Assembly: GCA_964255285.1 (NCBI GenBank)
Contig: CAXUUL010000001.1
Coordinates: 62,001 to 126,000, forward strand
Reading direction: 5' to 3'
Origin: Ionaspis alba
Taxonomy: Eukaryota
DNA length: 64,000 nucleotides
The number at the start of each line of letters is the position of its first letter. Positions within the stretch are counted from its first letter, which is position 1. Under the pieces are notes generated by a model. The model was not told where the DNA came from. It worked only from the letters and a program-made list of their open reading frames with translations, and ran no database searches. Positions 12,817 to 25,538 of the stretch are shown here, one piece after another. The translations under genes and the position numbers were made by a program.

Positions 12817-13518
12817 ATGTCCTACCTGACAACCAGGCTCCTTCCCCGTGTCTCTTCTCTCTCCTCCTCTAAGTCACGTGTAAGTTTCTTCCTCCTCGGA
12901 CTCTCTACCTCACATTTATCCGTTCCTTTTCTTCACAAATTCATCTAAAAAAGCTCTCAGAAATCAAATGACTCTCTCAACTCGCCTTCATCTCCCACTA
13001 CCCCATCTCCTCTCAAATTAGCCGGTCCCGCCGGTCATCCCCACACTGATTCTCTCCCCAATTCTCCAGCCCTGCTTGAAGGCCAACTTAACCACCTTGC
13101 TTCCCAGCTTCAAACAGCAGCCAAGCGTGTCGAAGCAATCAACGAGTTCATCGATATGGAGGCAATTGTCCTTGCACGCCTGATCCGTGATGAGAAACAG
13201 AAGATAGAGAAGAAGAATGAAGAGGACCGTGCAAACGGAGTGGTGAAACGTGACTCAGGAAAGTGGGGTGACGATGTAGGGGACATGGGATCGTTGGATG
13301 CGAAGGAGAATGCGGAAGCCGAGACAACGAATGAGATCTTGACAAAGAAAGAGCTGTTGGGGGCATTGAGAAGGTGTAAGAGGGGTATGGAAAAGAGCGT
13401 TGTTTGGCAACGGGACGAATTTCGACGTGTGGAGAAGGCGCTGGGGAGACCGAGAGAGAAGAGTTCGAGTCTAGAGAATGGCGGGTTGGGATTATTGAAG
13501 CCGTCTAGGGAGAGGTAG
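12817..13518 (+). CDS. Small hypothetical coiled-coil protein (~206 aa, 2 exons)
   Basis: ATG at 12817 (MSYLTTRLLPRV...) and intron 12880-12960 (GTAAGT...TCAG) are in frame with ORF 13156-13518. Heptad-like segment LEGQLNHLASQLQTAAKRVEAINEFIDME. Confidence 0.6.
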
Positions 13519-13786
13519 GTTTCTTCTCCACATAGAATGCTATGTACCGAAAGGGGGCTGATCAATTTGGTAGTGGAAAGTTGCCAACACAGGAAGAATG
13601 GGAAATGATGTTCAAGGTTTGACGACGAGCAGATCCTGCACTATGTGAGGGAGAGAGCGCCACGTCGCGGGACCCGCATTTGAGCCGCCGTTGTGCTCAC
13701 CGAAGCAACAAACATGTTTATTGATAACAACTGAAAGACATCATGAAGAATGAGTTGGAGGCTAGAAACCTATGCATTGAGAACCA

Positions 13787-15879
13787 CTAATCATCAAACC
13801 CGTGGAATTCCTCGTACTCGTCCTCTTCCAGCTTCTGCCACTTGACGTCTTCGATCAGCCTCTCTCGCTCTAGCTGCTTCTCACGTTCTGCGGTAGACAT
13901 TTTATCCCATTTCTCACGCTCTCTTCGTGTCTGTTTCTTGCTTCTTCGCGCTTCTTTCTCGTCTCTATGATCAAGCCTTTGACTCCAGGCTCGCTTTTGT
14001 GAACGTTGCGGAACGGGATATAGGTTGGGCGGATTTGATAGAACCTCTTCCTTCTCCCGTATTGCTTGCTTTCTGGCTTGCTCGCGCTGTTTGTCTTTGT
14101 ACGTATATGCTAAGAAGTTCAGTCTGACACCTAATGACGTGTCACCGTCCCACTTCTTAAGCTCGGGCATCTTGGGAAGTTTGAGTAAGCCCCAAGCTTC
14201 ACCTTCATCCGCCCAGTCGATGTCGGAAACTCGGAATATACTGCTAGCTTGGTGCTTAGTGTAGGCCTTCACCCAACTTACAAAACCTCGCTGAGCTTTA
14301 TCGTGCAGGGCTCTGTCAGCCATAACCAGTTGTCGCATCTTTGTGGCTGCTGCGATCGCTTTGGTGTCTGTCACCCCAATATTCGGTGTGGTCAGTGGTG
14401 TCACTGGAGTTTTCCGTAGATCGAGAAATGGGATGTAATCCTCTTCTCGGCCCGGTTTCAACATTATGACACTCAGCCCCCTCCGGCCCGCACGGCCGGC
14501 TCTCCCACAGCGGTGTAGAAACACTTTGGGATCGCTTGGAGGATCGATCTGTACCACTAAATCGACTTGTGGAATATCGAGGCCACGAGCAGCGACATCG
14601 GTGGTGAGAAGTATGCTTGGAGTAACAGCACCGGCGAATTTAGTGAAGTTTTTCCGACGAACATTGGGTGGATGCTTGCCATGCAGCGGCACAAGTAAGA
14701 ATGATTGATCATGGCGTGAAGGAATGATAGAAGGAAGTACATGCTGGAAATAGTCTACAGCAGCACACGTTGAGAGGTAGACGATAGACTTAGATGGTGG
14801 TGATTCCATGGTCGATAGGAGCTCTGCTAGGGCAGGAAATTTATGAGATGTTGGTATCGAAAGATAACTCATCTGGAGGCTTCAATGGCGCAGTTTAGCA
14901 TTGTACGAAAATCAGAGCATTCGAAGAGCACTACCTGGCAGGTGTTCTCTGATCTTGGCCTCCAGCCACACCTTTCACCTTAACAGCAATCTTCACCGGA
15001 TTCCGTAGACCAACTCGTACGATTTGGTCTACTGCTTCGCTTACACTGGCACTGAAAAGGCCTGTGCGTCTCTGCTTAGGAAGCTTTCTAAGAATCTTTT
15101 GCAAGTCCTCCTTGAAACCCAAATCAAGCAGTCGGTCTGCTTCGTCAAGCACAAGTACTTCGAATGATGATTGAGGGCAGTGGACATGGGGAGAAGACAG
15201 TAGTTCAAGGAGGCGGCCGGGGGTAGATATCAGAAGGTTTGGGGAGTGCTTAAGAAAATGGTTAAGATCCTGCGCAGGAGTAGTGGTGCCGCCAAGCAGC
15301 AACTGAGGCACCACCTTTAAAGTAGACGTAAAACATGTTGGAGCTGATGACTGTTCATTGCGCGCATCTGAAAACTTATCATCTTCCTCGGGTGGCTCCA
15401 AAGCTGTTGCGGATGGACCATGAAACCTCAAAAGAGACTGTAGAACTCCATGTATTTGCATGGCCAATTCCCTACCAACATTTAGCGCAGACTCTCCATC
15501 ATAGCCCTTGATTGTGGGTACCTTGTTGGTGAGACGATGATGGCTCCTACATGGTGTTTCTTGATGATTTCTTCGAGTCGGAGGAGCCGCTCTACTACTG
15601 GTATCAGGAATGCCAAAGTCTTTCCACTCCCTGTAACAGCCTTGGACTATCAGCGGAAACTCCTGTGATCTTCCTATGGGGCCGCACCTCGACGACGACG
15701 TCTTTATGCCCCATGAAGAGTGGAATTGTGGAAGCCTGGACCGGAGTCATGCGTTTGAATCCCATGCTTGATACAGCGTCGAGGATCCATTCTGCCAATG
15801 GAGGTGTTATGCCATTCCATGCTCTTGGAGATAGCCCAAACGGCAATTTAGAGCTAGAACCAGCGCTCTTCGTAGCCAT
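13787..15879 (-). CDS. SPB4: ATP-dependent rRNA DEAD-box helicase Spb4 (DDX55)
   Basis: Q-motif [36 protein letters not shown] and [10 protein letters not shown], plus the Spb4-type C-terminal [10 protein letters not shown]. Three introns (first 15641-15686). ATG at 15879. Confidence 0.95.
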
Positions 15880-16334
15880 TCCAGACGCCAAAAAGTGTTG
15901 CTACGACCCTCAAAGGAAAAATGCCGCTGCCCTGCGTTTCATCGAATGGCATCAGCCCTACGCAATCGACGTGCCAAGTCTTCCAGAACAAGAAATTCTT
16001 CTATCACCATGCCTCGACGTTGCAAATCAACTTCCCTCTTCCGACTCCAATCTACTTACAGCCTCACCAGATTCCTGTTTCCCAGAAGACATATACATAG
16101 AGTTGTCAAGCCAATCAGCTAGTTTCTGATAGGCAGCATCGCCAAGGCGCGCTGTTACCCAACCTGAATTCAGCAATCAGCACGACGTTTCTCACACCTC
16201 AAGCTCCTACTCTCCACTCTGCTGAGCCTTGCATTTTTCACGTATTTCTCTTTCAGCGCCATGTTCTGGGCGTAATCAAGTCTCCACTTATACCCCCTTT
16301 CCGCCTTGCCTATGCTTTGCAGCCTACTCCAACC

Positions 16335-17483
16335 ATGTCGCAGCAATACCAGATCCCTGGCACCCCGCGCGTGATCTCCCCGTCTCCAACCCCATCCGAA
16401 AGTGCCGATACCTCAGACTCATACTTCGCCCCCATTACTCGCTCCGCGGCCAAACGTGCCAATTCTTCAAATGCCATAACCGAAGAGAAAGAGTCTGACT
16501 CCGAAGTTGAAAAGCGTGCGCGGGCCAGGAGCCGCAGCCCCAACTCCGTTCTTAAACGGCGTCGTCCCAGTGGCCTCACAGCCGTGAACGGCAAATCTGG
16601 CGTCTCTTCGAAGAAAAAGGCCGAGCCAGCGGAACCAAACGGCATAGCGAATGGGCACCTTTCACCGGCCTCCGCAGCCTCTTACTACTGGCGCGAATTC
16701 TCCCGCTCACCTAGTCCGCTCGGCCTCATTCCGATCCACAGACACTGGCGCTCCTTCATTCACCGCCATGAAATCCCCCGCAAGGTCCTACACCTATCAA
16801 TCGGCTTCTTCACGCTACACCTCTATTCACGGGGCACGCAACCCGCGACCATACATCCATGGCTCATGGGAGCTTTGGTACCGATCGTGACCACAGAAGT
16901 CCTGCGGTACAGATTTGCGGGTATCAACACATTCTATGTCCGGGCATTGGGCGCATTGATGCGCGAGAGCGAGGTCAACGATCGGTATAATGGCGTTATC
17001 TGGTATCTGCTTGGGGCATGGACTGCGCTGAGATTTTTTCCGAAGGATGTCGCGACAATGAGCATATTGTTGCTAAGCTGGTGTGATACAGCTGCTAGCA
17101 CGTTCGGGAGGTTGTATGGAAGATATACGCCTAGAATACGGAGAGGGAAGAGCCTGGCTGGAAGTGCGGCTGCGGCGTTTGTGGGGGTAGCAACGGCTGG
17201 GCTTTTTTGGGGAATTGTTGTACCTGAATATTGGGGAATTGAGACAAGCTTTCAGTTCAAGGGGACTTTGAGCCTGCCGGAGGTTATAAAACATCGCGTG
17301 GGCTTGAAGGGTAAAGACCAGGCTACAATTGGCGGCTGGCTTGCGTTGGGAGTGATGAGCTTGTGGAGCGGGCTCGTCGCGAGCGCCAGCGAGATAGTGG
17401 ATTTATGGGGCTTGGATGACAATTTGACAATCCCTGTGCTAAGTGGAATTGGTCTATGGGGTTTCTTGAGAGTCTTCGGATGA
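16335..17483 (+). CDS. DGK1: CTP-dependent diacylglycerol kinase
   Basis: HEIPRKVLH, LGALMRESE..YNGVIWYLLG, LLSWCDTAASTFGR, KSLAGS and LDDNLTIPV. First ATG at 16335. Confidence 0.95.
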   Translation: MSQQYQIPGTPRVISPSPTPSESADTSDSYFAPITRSAAKRANSSNAITEEKESDSEVEKRARARSRSPNSVLKRRRPSGLTAVNGKSGVSSKKKAEPAEPNGIANGHLSPASAASYYWREFSRSPSPLGLIPIHRHWRSFIHRHEIPRKVLHLSIGFFTLHLYSRGTQPATIHPWLMGALVPIVTTEVLRYRFAGINTFYVRALGALMRESEVNDRYNGVIWYLLGAWTALRFFPKDVATMSILLLSWCDTAASTFGRLYGRYTPRIRRGKSLAGSAAAAFVGVATAGLFWGIVVPEYWGIETSFQFKGTLSLPEVIKHRVGLKGKDQATIGGWLALGVMSLWSGLVASASEIVDLWGLDDNLTIPVLSGIGLWGFLRVFG

Positions 17484-17593
17484 TATACACCTAGAGTACA
17501 TGCGACTTGATGACCGTTTGGATTCTTCCACATCGTGGCTGTATAATAGCATTTACTTCTGGACGCTATCCCGGTATTCTGTTACTTTGGACG

Positions 17594-19339
17594 TCAAGCC
17601 CATTGGCCCAAAATCCATCCAACCTTCTCGGTACTGCCTCTAGGTATCCCAGGTCCGAAGCTTTGGCACGACTGAAGAACACTGGGATGTGTTTCTCTTT
17701 TCGCGCCTGCCAAACCGTGCTGTAGGAAGGAATCTCTCTCAATCTCCGCAATGCCCTTAATTCTCATACCAGCAACAAGACTGGCTCCAGCCCAAGATCC
17801 AAGTGTCTCCACACCACGTATTTTGCCTGAACAGATTGGCTTTATGCCTTTGGCTTCGTCTTCATGGAGCTTGCTTTCGATCGGGTCAGGAGCTTGCGGT
17901 TCAAATGCTGCTACAACAGCTGGTTTAGAATCTTTGGGAGGATCACTGGTGTCTTCGGAACTCTTCTGAATTGGCTGAGATTTCGATATGGCTGCTCTGT
18001 AACTTCTAGCAATTTCTTTCCTCCTGCGATTTTCGTCTGCTGCTCTGCCCCAGACAGGATCCCATCCACGATGCTTGACAAGAATGTAGAGCTCGTCAAG
18101 AAGTCGCAGTTTGAGCCCAGGTATCTTTGATCCGCTACCGACTATGATGATGCGAGACATGCATAATCCGCGGAGATCCGGAGGAAGGGAGAGAAGTGCC
18201 TTATACAGTAGATACGGAAGCGTTTGCTCGTGGTCGTCTAAATGACAGGGCGATGTCCTATCTGCAAATAGAGCTGTCTCGACCGGCCAAGAGAAACATT
18301 CGAAAGGCAAATGCACTACTGGCGATGAGCCTGAAAGAAGTGCAACGGAGACCACAGATTCTTCCTTGGGTGTCTTCGCATCAGCGTAATTGTCAGGCCT
18401 AGAAACCTTGAGATCAAGATCATGGCATTGGTTTTTGAAATCTTCGTTCGAGACGTCTCTCGGGACTGCTTTTCTACACCATGCCATGCGAGCTGTGACT
18501 TCTTCTGCATGCTCGAAGTCCACGTCCAGCACTTCTCGACCAGGCTCTACTGATGTGGTGAGATCGGCCTGATGGTTCTCGTGTTTCCTCGACTCGGCTT
18601 GTAGCACTCTCGCCATTTGAAGTGTAATCATTTTCATGGCGCGAGTGGTTCTATGATGCTGAGTCTCTCGATACTCACAAACGCTAGTAATGATTGTTTC
18701 TTGCCAGCCAATGTCAACAATCATACCAGATCGTAAACCGGCTGCTACAGCAGCCATGGTAGCTTCAGATAAGAGAGTAATGGAAGGATTTTGAAACTTG
18801 TTGAACAAAGTAGACAGGACTGTAGAGAGCAATGGATGCGGTACTACTGATGGAAGAACAAGCGCTAGCTTTCTTGTTTTTGTATCCAGCAGTAGATACC
18901 TGCTATATGCTTCTCGTACTGCCCTTTCAATCCTATCTTCTACCAACCGAAGATCGACTGCACGTAGATCCATCTCCCATAGCTCATGATCTTCCCCCCA
19001 TCTTTCGACCTGAGTTTTCCTCCCTGTTCTTTCTTGATATTCCGGTAGCCAATGTCGATAATCTCCTATTCTTCTGCACTCTTCCGGACTAAAAGAAAGC
19101 GTACATCGTGGAGAACTTTCGCCAGCGAAACCCGCTGAGAAGTGGCGTTCCCCGAACTGGAAGACCAGGGTATCTTCTTCAGTACGATAGCTTGCAGCAG
19201 GTGACGAAAAGGTAGATGAGAGCACACGTTGAGGGGTGTGAGGAGAAGATGGCCCTCGACCAGCCAGTTGCAGCTGTGACAACCCTGGCCGAACAGCAGA
19301 GGGTGGCTTGCGGTCGAAATACCCTCCTGCTGCTGCCAT
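17594..19339 (-). CDS. ARP10: Actin-related protein 10 (dynactin Arp10/Arp11, RO7-like)
   Basis: Divergent actin fold: AGFAGESSPRC, GMIVDIGWQET, RIIIVGSGSKIPGL and GSWAGASL. Confidence 0.85.
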   Translation of the reverse strand: MAAAGGYFDRKPPSAVRPGLSQLQLAGRGPSSPHTPQRVLSSTFSSPAASYRTEEDTLVFQFGERHFSAGFAGESSPRCTLSFSPEECRRIGDYRHWLPEYQERTGRKTQVERWGEDHELWEMDLRAVDLRLVEDRIERAVREAYSRYLLLDTKTRKLALVLPSVVPHPLLSTVLSTLFNKFQNPSITLLSEATMAAVAAGLRSGMIVDIGWQETIITSVCEYRETQHHRTTRAMKMITLQMARVLQAESRKHENHQADLTTSVEPGREVLDVDFEHAEEVTARMAWCRKAVPRDVSNEDFKNQCHDLDLKVSRPDNYADAKTPKEESVVSVALLSGSSPVVHLPFECFSWPVETALFADRTSPCHLDDHEQTLPYLLYKALLSLPPDLRGLCMSRIIIVGSGSKIPGLKLRLLDELYILVKHRGWDPVWGRAADENRRRKEIARSYRAAISKSQPIQKSSEDTSDPPKDSKPAVVAAFEPQAPDPIESKLHEDEAKGIKPICSGKIRGVETLGSWAGASLVAGMRIKGIAEIERDSFLQHGLAGAKRETHPSVLQSCQSFGPGIPRGSTEKVGWILGQWA

Positions 19340-19601
19340 ATTCTCATTGCCTGTTCTTCAATCCGCGAGAGAACATGATACTACCAGAAGTGGCGATCGA
19401 CGATGTTCCAATGCACTACGGAACTTGGACTGTGGTTGCTACGGCAAATGTTGAACTGGAGCACACGCGAAGAGCTTCCGGATCGCATCTTGACGCGACT
19501 CTTGACCCACGTCATCTACTCGTGGAATATTCCTTGATGGGTAACATTGCTCTGCAGAGCATCGTTTGCTGGTCATAGCTTTTACAGGTTATGTAGACAG
19601 G

Positions 19602-22218
19602 ATGGGAATCAAGGGGTGAGAAAGCCTTTTACGCTGTCTCAATTACCATTGTTGACGCTTGCTTCAGTCTTTACAAGCAGATCGGCGCGGGTGAACGGAC
19701 AGCTCTCGCAAAACTCGCTGTGGAGACACTTGAGCAGAAAGGCCGTCCTCTACGCATCGCCATTGACGTGTCGATCTGGCAGTTTCAAGTACAGTCAGGA
19801 AAAGGCGGCAGCAATCCCGCGCTTCGAACGTTGTATTACCGTCTCTTAATTCTCCTTTCCTTGTCCATTCAGCCACTCTTTGTATTTGATGGCACAAACA
19901 AACCGCCCTTCAAGCGCAATATCAGAACTACCGCCGTCACCATATCGCTTCCGAATATGCTAGCAAAGACTATGTTCGAGCTGTTTGGCTTTCCCTATAT
20001 AACAGCACCTGGAGAAGCAGAAGCAGAATGTGCCCTCCTCCAGCAGGAAGGCATCGTTGATGCAGTACTAACCGAGGATGTCGACACGCTGATGTTTGGC
20101 GCGACGATGGTCTTGCGGAACTGGAGCAAAGAAGGAAGTCGAGGCAATAAGCGTCCAACCCACATCAGTGTCTACCGCGCACATGTTATCAAGGATGGAG
20201 ACTCCGGACTTGACAAAGAGGGAATGATCCTTGTCGCACTCATGAGTGGGGGCGACTATATTCCGACTGGCATTCCAGGCTGTGGGATCAAGATTGCATG
20301 TGAAGCGGCCAGAGCTGGCTTTGGTCGAGACCTGTGTCGACTGTCTAGAAAAGACACTGTTGGTTTGAGGCAATGGCGAGAAAGGCTTGGATACGAACTC
20401 CGAACCAACGAGTCTGGCTTCTTTCGACAAAGACACAAGTCATGGCAGGTGCCCGATGAATTTCCTGACCACGCTGTGCTGGGCTACTATACCCATCCGC
20501 TTGTGTCTTCTACCAGTAAGATCTCGGAAATGCGAGGGAGCATCAAATGGGACAGTCCCATGGATATCCCGCGCCTCCGTGTATTTGTAGCGGATGCTTT
20601 CGAGTGGCAATATTTGTCAGGGGCAAAGAAGTTTATCCGTGGCCTAGCACCAGCTGTACTCGTTCACAGATTACAAAATATGAGATTGATGGACTACTCT
20701 GACAGCAACCAGCGGATTGAAGCAGAGGCAAAAGTCCTGCAGGCAATCTGCGCGAGAAGATGCCATTTCACCACTGATCGAACTCCTGAGTTAAGAATTG
20801 CTTATGTGCCTTTGGATATCGTCGCACTAGATCTCACTAAAGAGGAGACAGATCAATATGCAGGTATTGACGGAAGTGAATCAGGTGTCGAAGCTTTGGA
20901 ATCCGAGGAGGATGGTCGTAGCCGATCTGTGAGCCCGATCAAGAAGCAAAGTTCTACGCAATTCGACCCAACCCAGCCCATGAAGATCTGGATCATGGAA
21001 ACATTTGCCAAGCTAGGAGTACCATTAACGGTCGAGACCTGGGAAGCGGATATGAGAAAGCCCAAAAGAGTAGTATCCCGGAAAACAGGAGAACAGACAG
21101 CTACTGGCAAGGGTGCCATCAAGAACGGGGCTCTTGATACTTTTGTGAGAGTCTCAAAGACTGGATTGTCCAAGAACGGAGATCGAAAGCCTATCTGTGA
21201 GGGTGGTATCAGTGAGATGGGAGCAGCGGCATCGCAGCAGCCACAGTTCTTATTCCCGAGTAAACCATCGCCACAAAGAACGTCTCCTGCCGTGTCCAAA
21301 CACAAGTCAACGCCGGTCAAAGAATCGAACATCACCAAGACCTTACAGCCGGACGGGCTGAAACTAAGGAAGATTATTTGTTCCCGATCGAAGATGCAAC
21401 CCGCTCCCGAACCGTCGCCAACACCTGTAGATAATCGAATAAACTCTTGGACTCTATCACAAAGACCTCTAGATACTTTGAGTACGGAGACGCGAAAGAT
21501 GAAAAGATACTCTACGTTGGGTATCTACAATTCTCCCACTACATCTGAGGCGAGCGGTGTCTCAAGTGTGGAACCGGTGATAGCACAAGATTTTCGGGTG
21601 TCTACTTCGGGTGTCCAACACGTAAGGCCGCTATCTGACACCTTGGACCTTAAGAGAGCAAACCCGCCTAGCTCTTGTTCTCAACAGGAGATCGTCGACA
21701 TTTCGAGCTCCCCAGAACAAATACACAACGATAGAGGAAATACAATGCCGCCAATGAAGAGACACCCTAACAGATCTCACCCTTTGAGATTCATCTACGA
21801 GCCCTACCACTCGGTGGTTTCTCCTGTTTCGGAAGCTATCTTGGGGAGACAGTATGATTACACTACATATCAAGATTCAGACTTGCGTCGCGAGAACGGC
21901 AAGAAAGCGGGCAATCCACTGCATATTGAGCTATATTCCTCTGTGAATGCATCACACGCCTCATCCCAAACGTCGCTCCCATCCCCTTCTGTGCTCATGT
22001 CGCCACCGTCACTGAAGACGGCCTCAATACATGAAACTCTTATGAACTCGAATCAAGAACCTTTCGAGCCATCTACGCCAACCAGCTCTAGGAGACGGGT
22101 CATGCTACGCAAAAGCTTGGCAGGGGCTTGGAAGATAATGGATCAATGGGATTCGAAGCAAGCAACTCCATCGCGAGTCTTTTCTTGCGTTGACGTTCTG
22201 GATATGACCAGGACTTGA
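19602..22218 (+). CDS. YEN1: XPG/Rad2-family Holliday junction resolvase GEN1/Yen1
   Basis: MGIKG (intron 19616-19667) LYKQIG..., LRIAIDVSIW, FVFDG, APGEAEAECA, TEDVDTLMFGA and the H2TH motif LMSGGDY..GIPGCG. Long disordered C-terminus. Confidence 0.93.
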
Positions 22219-22484
22219 TTTGGAAAGATACCCTAATAAGACCTTTTTGAGATATCTCAACTCACTAGCTCTCGTAAAGTCCAGAATTCAGCAGTAAGAG
22301 ACTAGCCGTCTACTCATCCCATTGCAATTATATATGGCCATGGACAAACGCCTTAAGCGTCCCCATTCGTTCAACCCAATTGACATCTCCCACACATACC
22401 GGATTTGCGTTTATGTCCTTCACCCGAAGTTGACCCTGGCCGAACCGCATTATGACCCCAGTCTCAATGCAGGCATTACAATTT

Positions 22485-23168
22485 TCACATAAGAAGACAG
22501 ACCGGTTCTGTCAAAGCTCCAGCCTGCGTCGTCGTCTTAGCACCCAACCTAGCCATATCCTCAAACACCTCGTTCATGAACTCTCCCGTCATTGCTGAGC
22601 ATTCAGCGTACCGATCACACCGCATCTCTTGAGCTATTCGGTACCCCTAGATCGATCAGCGTCGTCCCCATTATGTTGGTGGACATCACAGACCTCCTGA
22701 GGATCAATGACCCCTGCCTCGTCCACTCTCAGATCTCTCTTCAGACCCAGCAACATGACGGGGATCTTCTCATCCTTGTAAGCATAATGTCTGATCACGT
22801 CTTTCCGCCACACCTGCTGTGCGTTGATCAAGCTGCGCCGATCACTGATATCATAACACAAAATCACGAAGTGTGGATCCAGCAGCGTGTAATTCTCTGG
22901 TGAAGCGGTGTCGTAGAACTCGAATAGGTAGTGCCGATTGTACATGCGAATGTCATAGATGAAGGGCTGGTCTAGGTCTCGCAAGAGGGTGAAGTTGGTA
23001 GTTTTTGAACGCGTGGAGTTTTGGCCATGGCTCAGACGACTGGGGATGAGAGTGAGTGACGTGCTCGATATCGGAGATACGAGGAAGAGAAACTTACGAG
23101 AGGAAAGTCGACTTACCGCATTCCGGATCACCTAGTAAGAGGATGGTTACAGTAGGCGGTTCGTCCAT
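22485..23168 (-). CDS. Atypical Rho/Ras-family small GTPase with CAAX box (3 exons)
   Basis: P-loop LLLGDPECGKSTF, G3 FYDTAS, G4 GLKRDL, G5 YAECSA and C-terminal CLLM followed by stop. Confidence 0.85.
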
Positions 23169-23321
23169 TGACACTGTTTGCTCAATGGATGTTGCAAATG
23201 GCAACTGAGTGAAGCCCCCGTTCTCGAAGGTCCTTGCCAAGCTTCATATAATTCCGCAAACCGTCGAGCCACAATCTTATCATCGAGTATTCGTAGCAAC
23301 GTCTTACTTCTGAGACCGGTA

Positions 23322-25289
23322 ATGTCATTCTGGCGCTTTCATCTGCGCCAAAGGATTTGTTACACGAATTCGATTCATGGATCTTTAAATACTTGCGCGA
23401 GAGCTCTGCACACAGAAGTTATTCAGAGGATGGAGAATGTTTATTCTTCATGGAGTTCTGAAGAGCTTATTGAACGTGTCACTTCTTTGGAGAAGCAGTT
23501 AAAAGACTTCACCATGAAGTGGGTGTTCATCGCTGTCCTTGCATGTTGAAAAGACGTATGGGCAATGACATTTTCTAGATATACAACGCCGTCTGCATCT
23601 ATACCTTTGAAATCTGCTTCTCTACAACCGTCTACCAGAAAGGCCCGTCAGAGGAGAGAAATCGACCCATCAAAGTACTCTACGCGCTTGATTGCTCTCA
23701 AGTTTGCCTATCTTGGGCAGCGCTACAATGGTTTCGAGTATCATGCAAACAACAGCACCCCGCTGCCGACAGTGGAAGAAGCACTTTGGAAAGCATTTGC
23801 GAAAGCACGTCTGATATTTCCAACGGAGCCACGGTCTTTAAATTCGGGAGAGGTCAATTGGGAAGGGTGCGAGTACTCAAAATGTGGAAGAACGGACAAG
23901 GGGGTCAGTGCCTTTGGGCAGGTCATCGGGATAAGAGTCAGAAGCAATCTTCCAGTGTCGAGGGAAGCCTTGGGTACTACGCTCGTAGCGGACGAAATCA
24001 TAGCCGATGGAGAACTGAAGCCATTATCTACAGTATCAATGCGAGGAATGGGCGATGAGGATCTTTTATCAGCATCTGGTGTTCCATACCACGACGAGGC
24101 ATCCTCGTTCGACCCTATCAAGGACGAGCTACCTTATGTTCAAATTCTCAACAGAGTCCTGCCCCCTGACATACGCGTTCTTGCGTGGTGTCCAGCTCCT
24201 CCCCAGTTTTCAGCCCGATTTTCGTGCCGAGAGCGCCAGTATCGATATTTCTTCACTCAACCTACCTTCAATCCAACGCCCGGCTCAAGCGGTATCAGCC
24301 TGGGTTTGACCCATGATACAATCACCGATGAAAGACGACGAGAGGGCTGGCTCGATATCGAAGCGATGAAGGATGGTGCGAAGAGATTCGAAGGCGTGCA
24401 TGATTTCAGGAACTTCTGCAAAGTGGATCCAAGCAAGCAGATCGATAATTTTGAGAGAAAGATGTTCCTCTCGGAGATATGGGAGGTAGATCCAGCATGT
24501 GAGCCAGCGGCATACGTGTCCGGTCCTGGATTCGGAGAGTTTCATTTGCCATCGAATAGTACAGCCTCTGGCGAGTCATCGGTTGTTAATGTAAGTCACG
24601 GACCCAGGGTCTACATGTTCATGATCTATGGATCTGCTTTCCTCTGGCATCAAGTCCGTCATATGATCGCCATTCTTTTCCTTATCGGTCAAGGTCTCGA
24701 ATCTCCGGATCTTGTGAACCGGCTGCTCGACGTGAAACAAATCCCACAGAAGCCAATGTACGAGATGGCCGAGGATTCTCCGCTGGTCTTGTGGGACTGC
24801 ATCTTTCCCCAAGAAGGGAGTGAAAGCCGCAAAGATGCTATGCCATGGGTTTACGTCGGCGATCAAAAACAAGGTACGGAGAATAACTTGGCCACCGTAC
24901 CCTCAAAAGGTAATGGGAAGTTTGGTGTGGGCGGTGTCGTCGATGATGCGTGGAAGCTATGGCGAGAGAAGAGAATAGATGAAATTCTAGCAGGCATGTT
25001 ACTCAACAAAGCAGTGGATTCGGGCGAGATTTTGGATAAAGGAGTGGAACAGGACACTACTGTCGATACGTTAGACAGGAAGACCTCTAACCAGAAGGTT
25101 TTCTATGGTGGTAACTCTGCGCGCCTAAGAGGCAAGTATGTCCCTGTAATGCAGAGACCTAGGATGGAGGCTGTGGAGGTCATCAATGCCAAATACGCGA
25201 CCAGGAAGGGTTTTGAAGAGAATCAGGAGGTTCGAGATTCCGGCTTCCGACATGTCGAGTTGGTGACATCTCGTAGCGCATCCACATAA
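23322..25289 (+). CDS. DEG1: tRNA pseudouridine(38/39) synthase (TruA family)
   Basis: IALKFAYLG..Y.G, catalytic CGRTDKGVSA, FSARFSC..R.Y.YF, HDFRNFCK and GSAFLWHQVR. Intron 23519-23578. Alternative in-frame ATG at 23430. Confidence 0.95.
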
Positions 25290-25538
25290 TCATTGATATT
25301 GCTATCGGGCGACTGTAGACCTAAAAACCTCAATATCATATTTCGGAGACCGAACGAAGGAAGAACCGGACCAGGTATCTTTATTACTATGTACACGGTC
25401 GAGAGCTTCCATTCCCTACACGTACGCGTCATACAAACTCCTTCCGTTCGCTGCGCAATTCGCGCCAAGCAATGTCGATGCGCAAAATTGGTATCAAATT
25501 CCGTATTAGGCATATGCAGCGATTCAACATCTTCCAGC

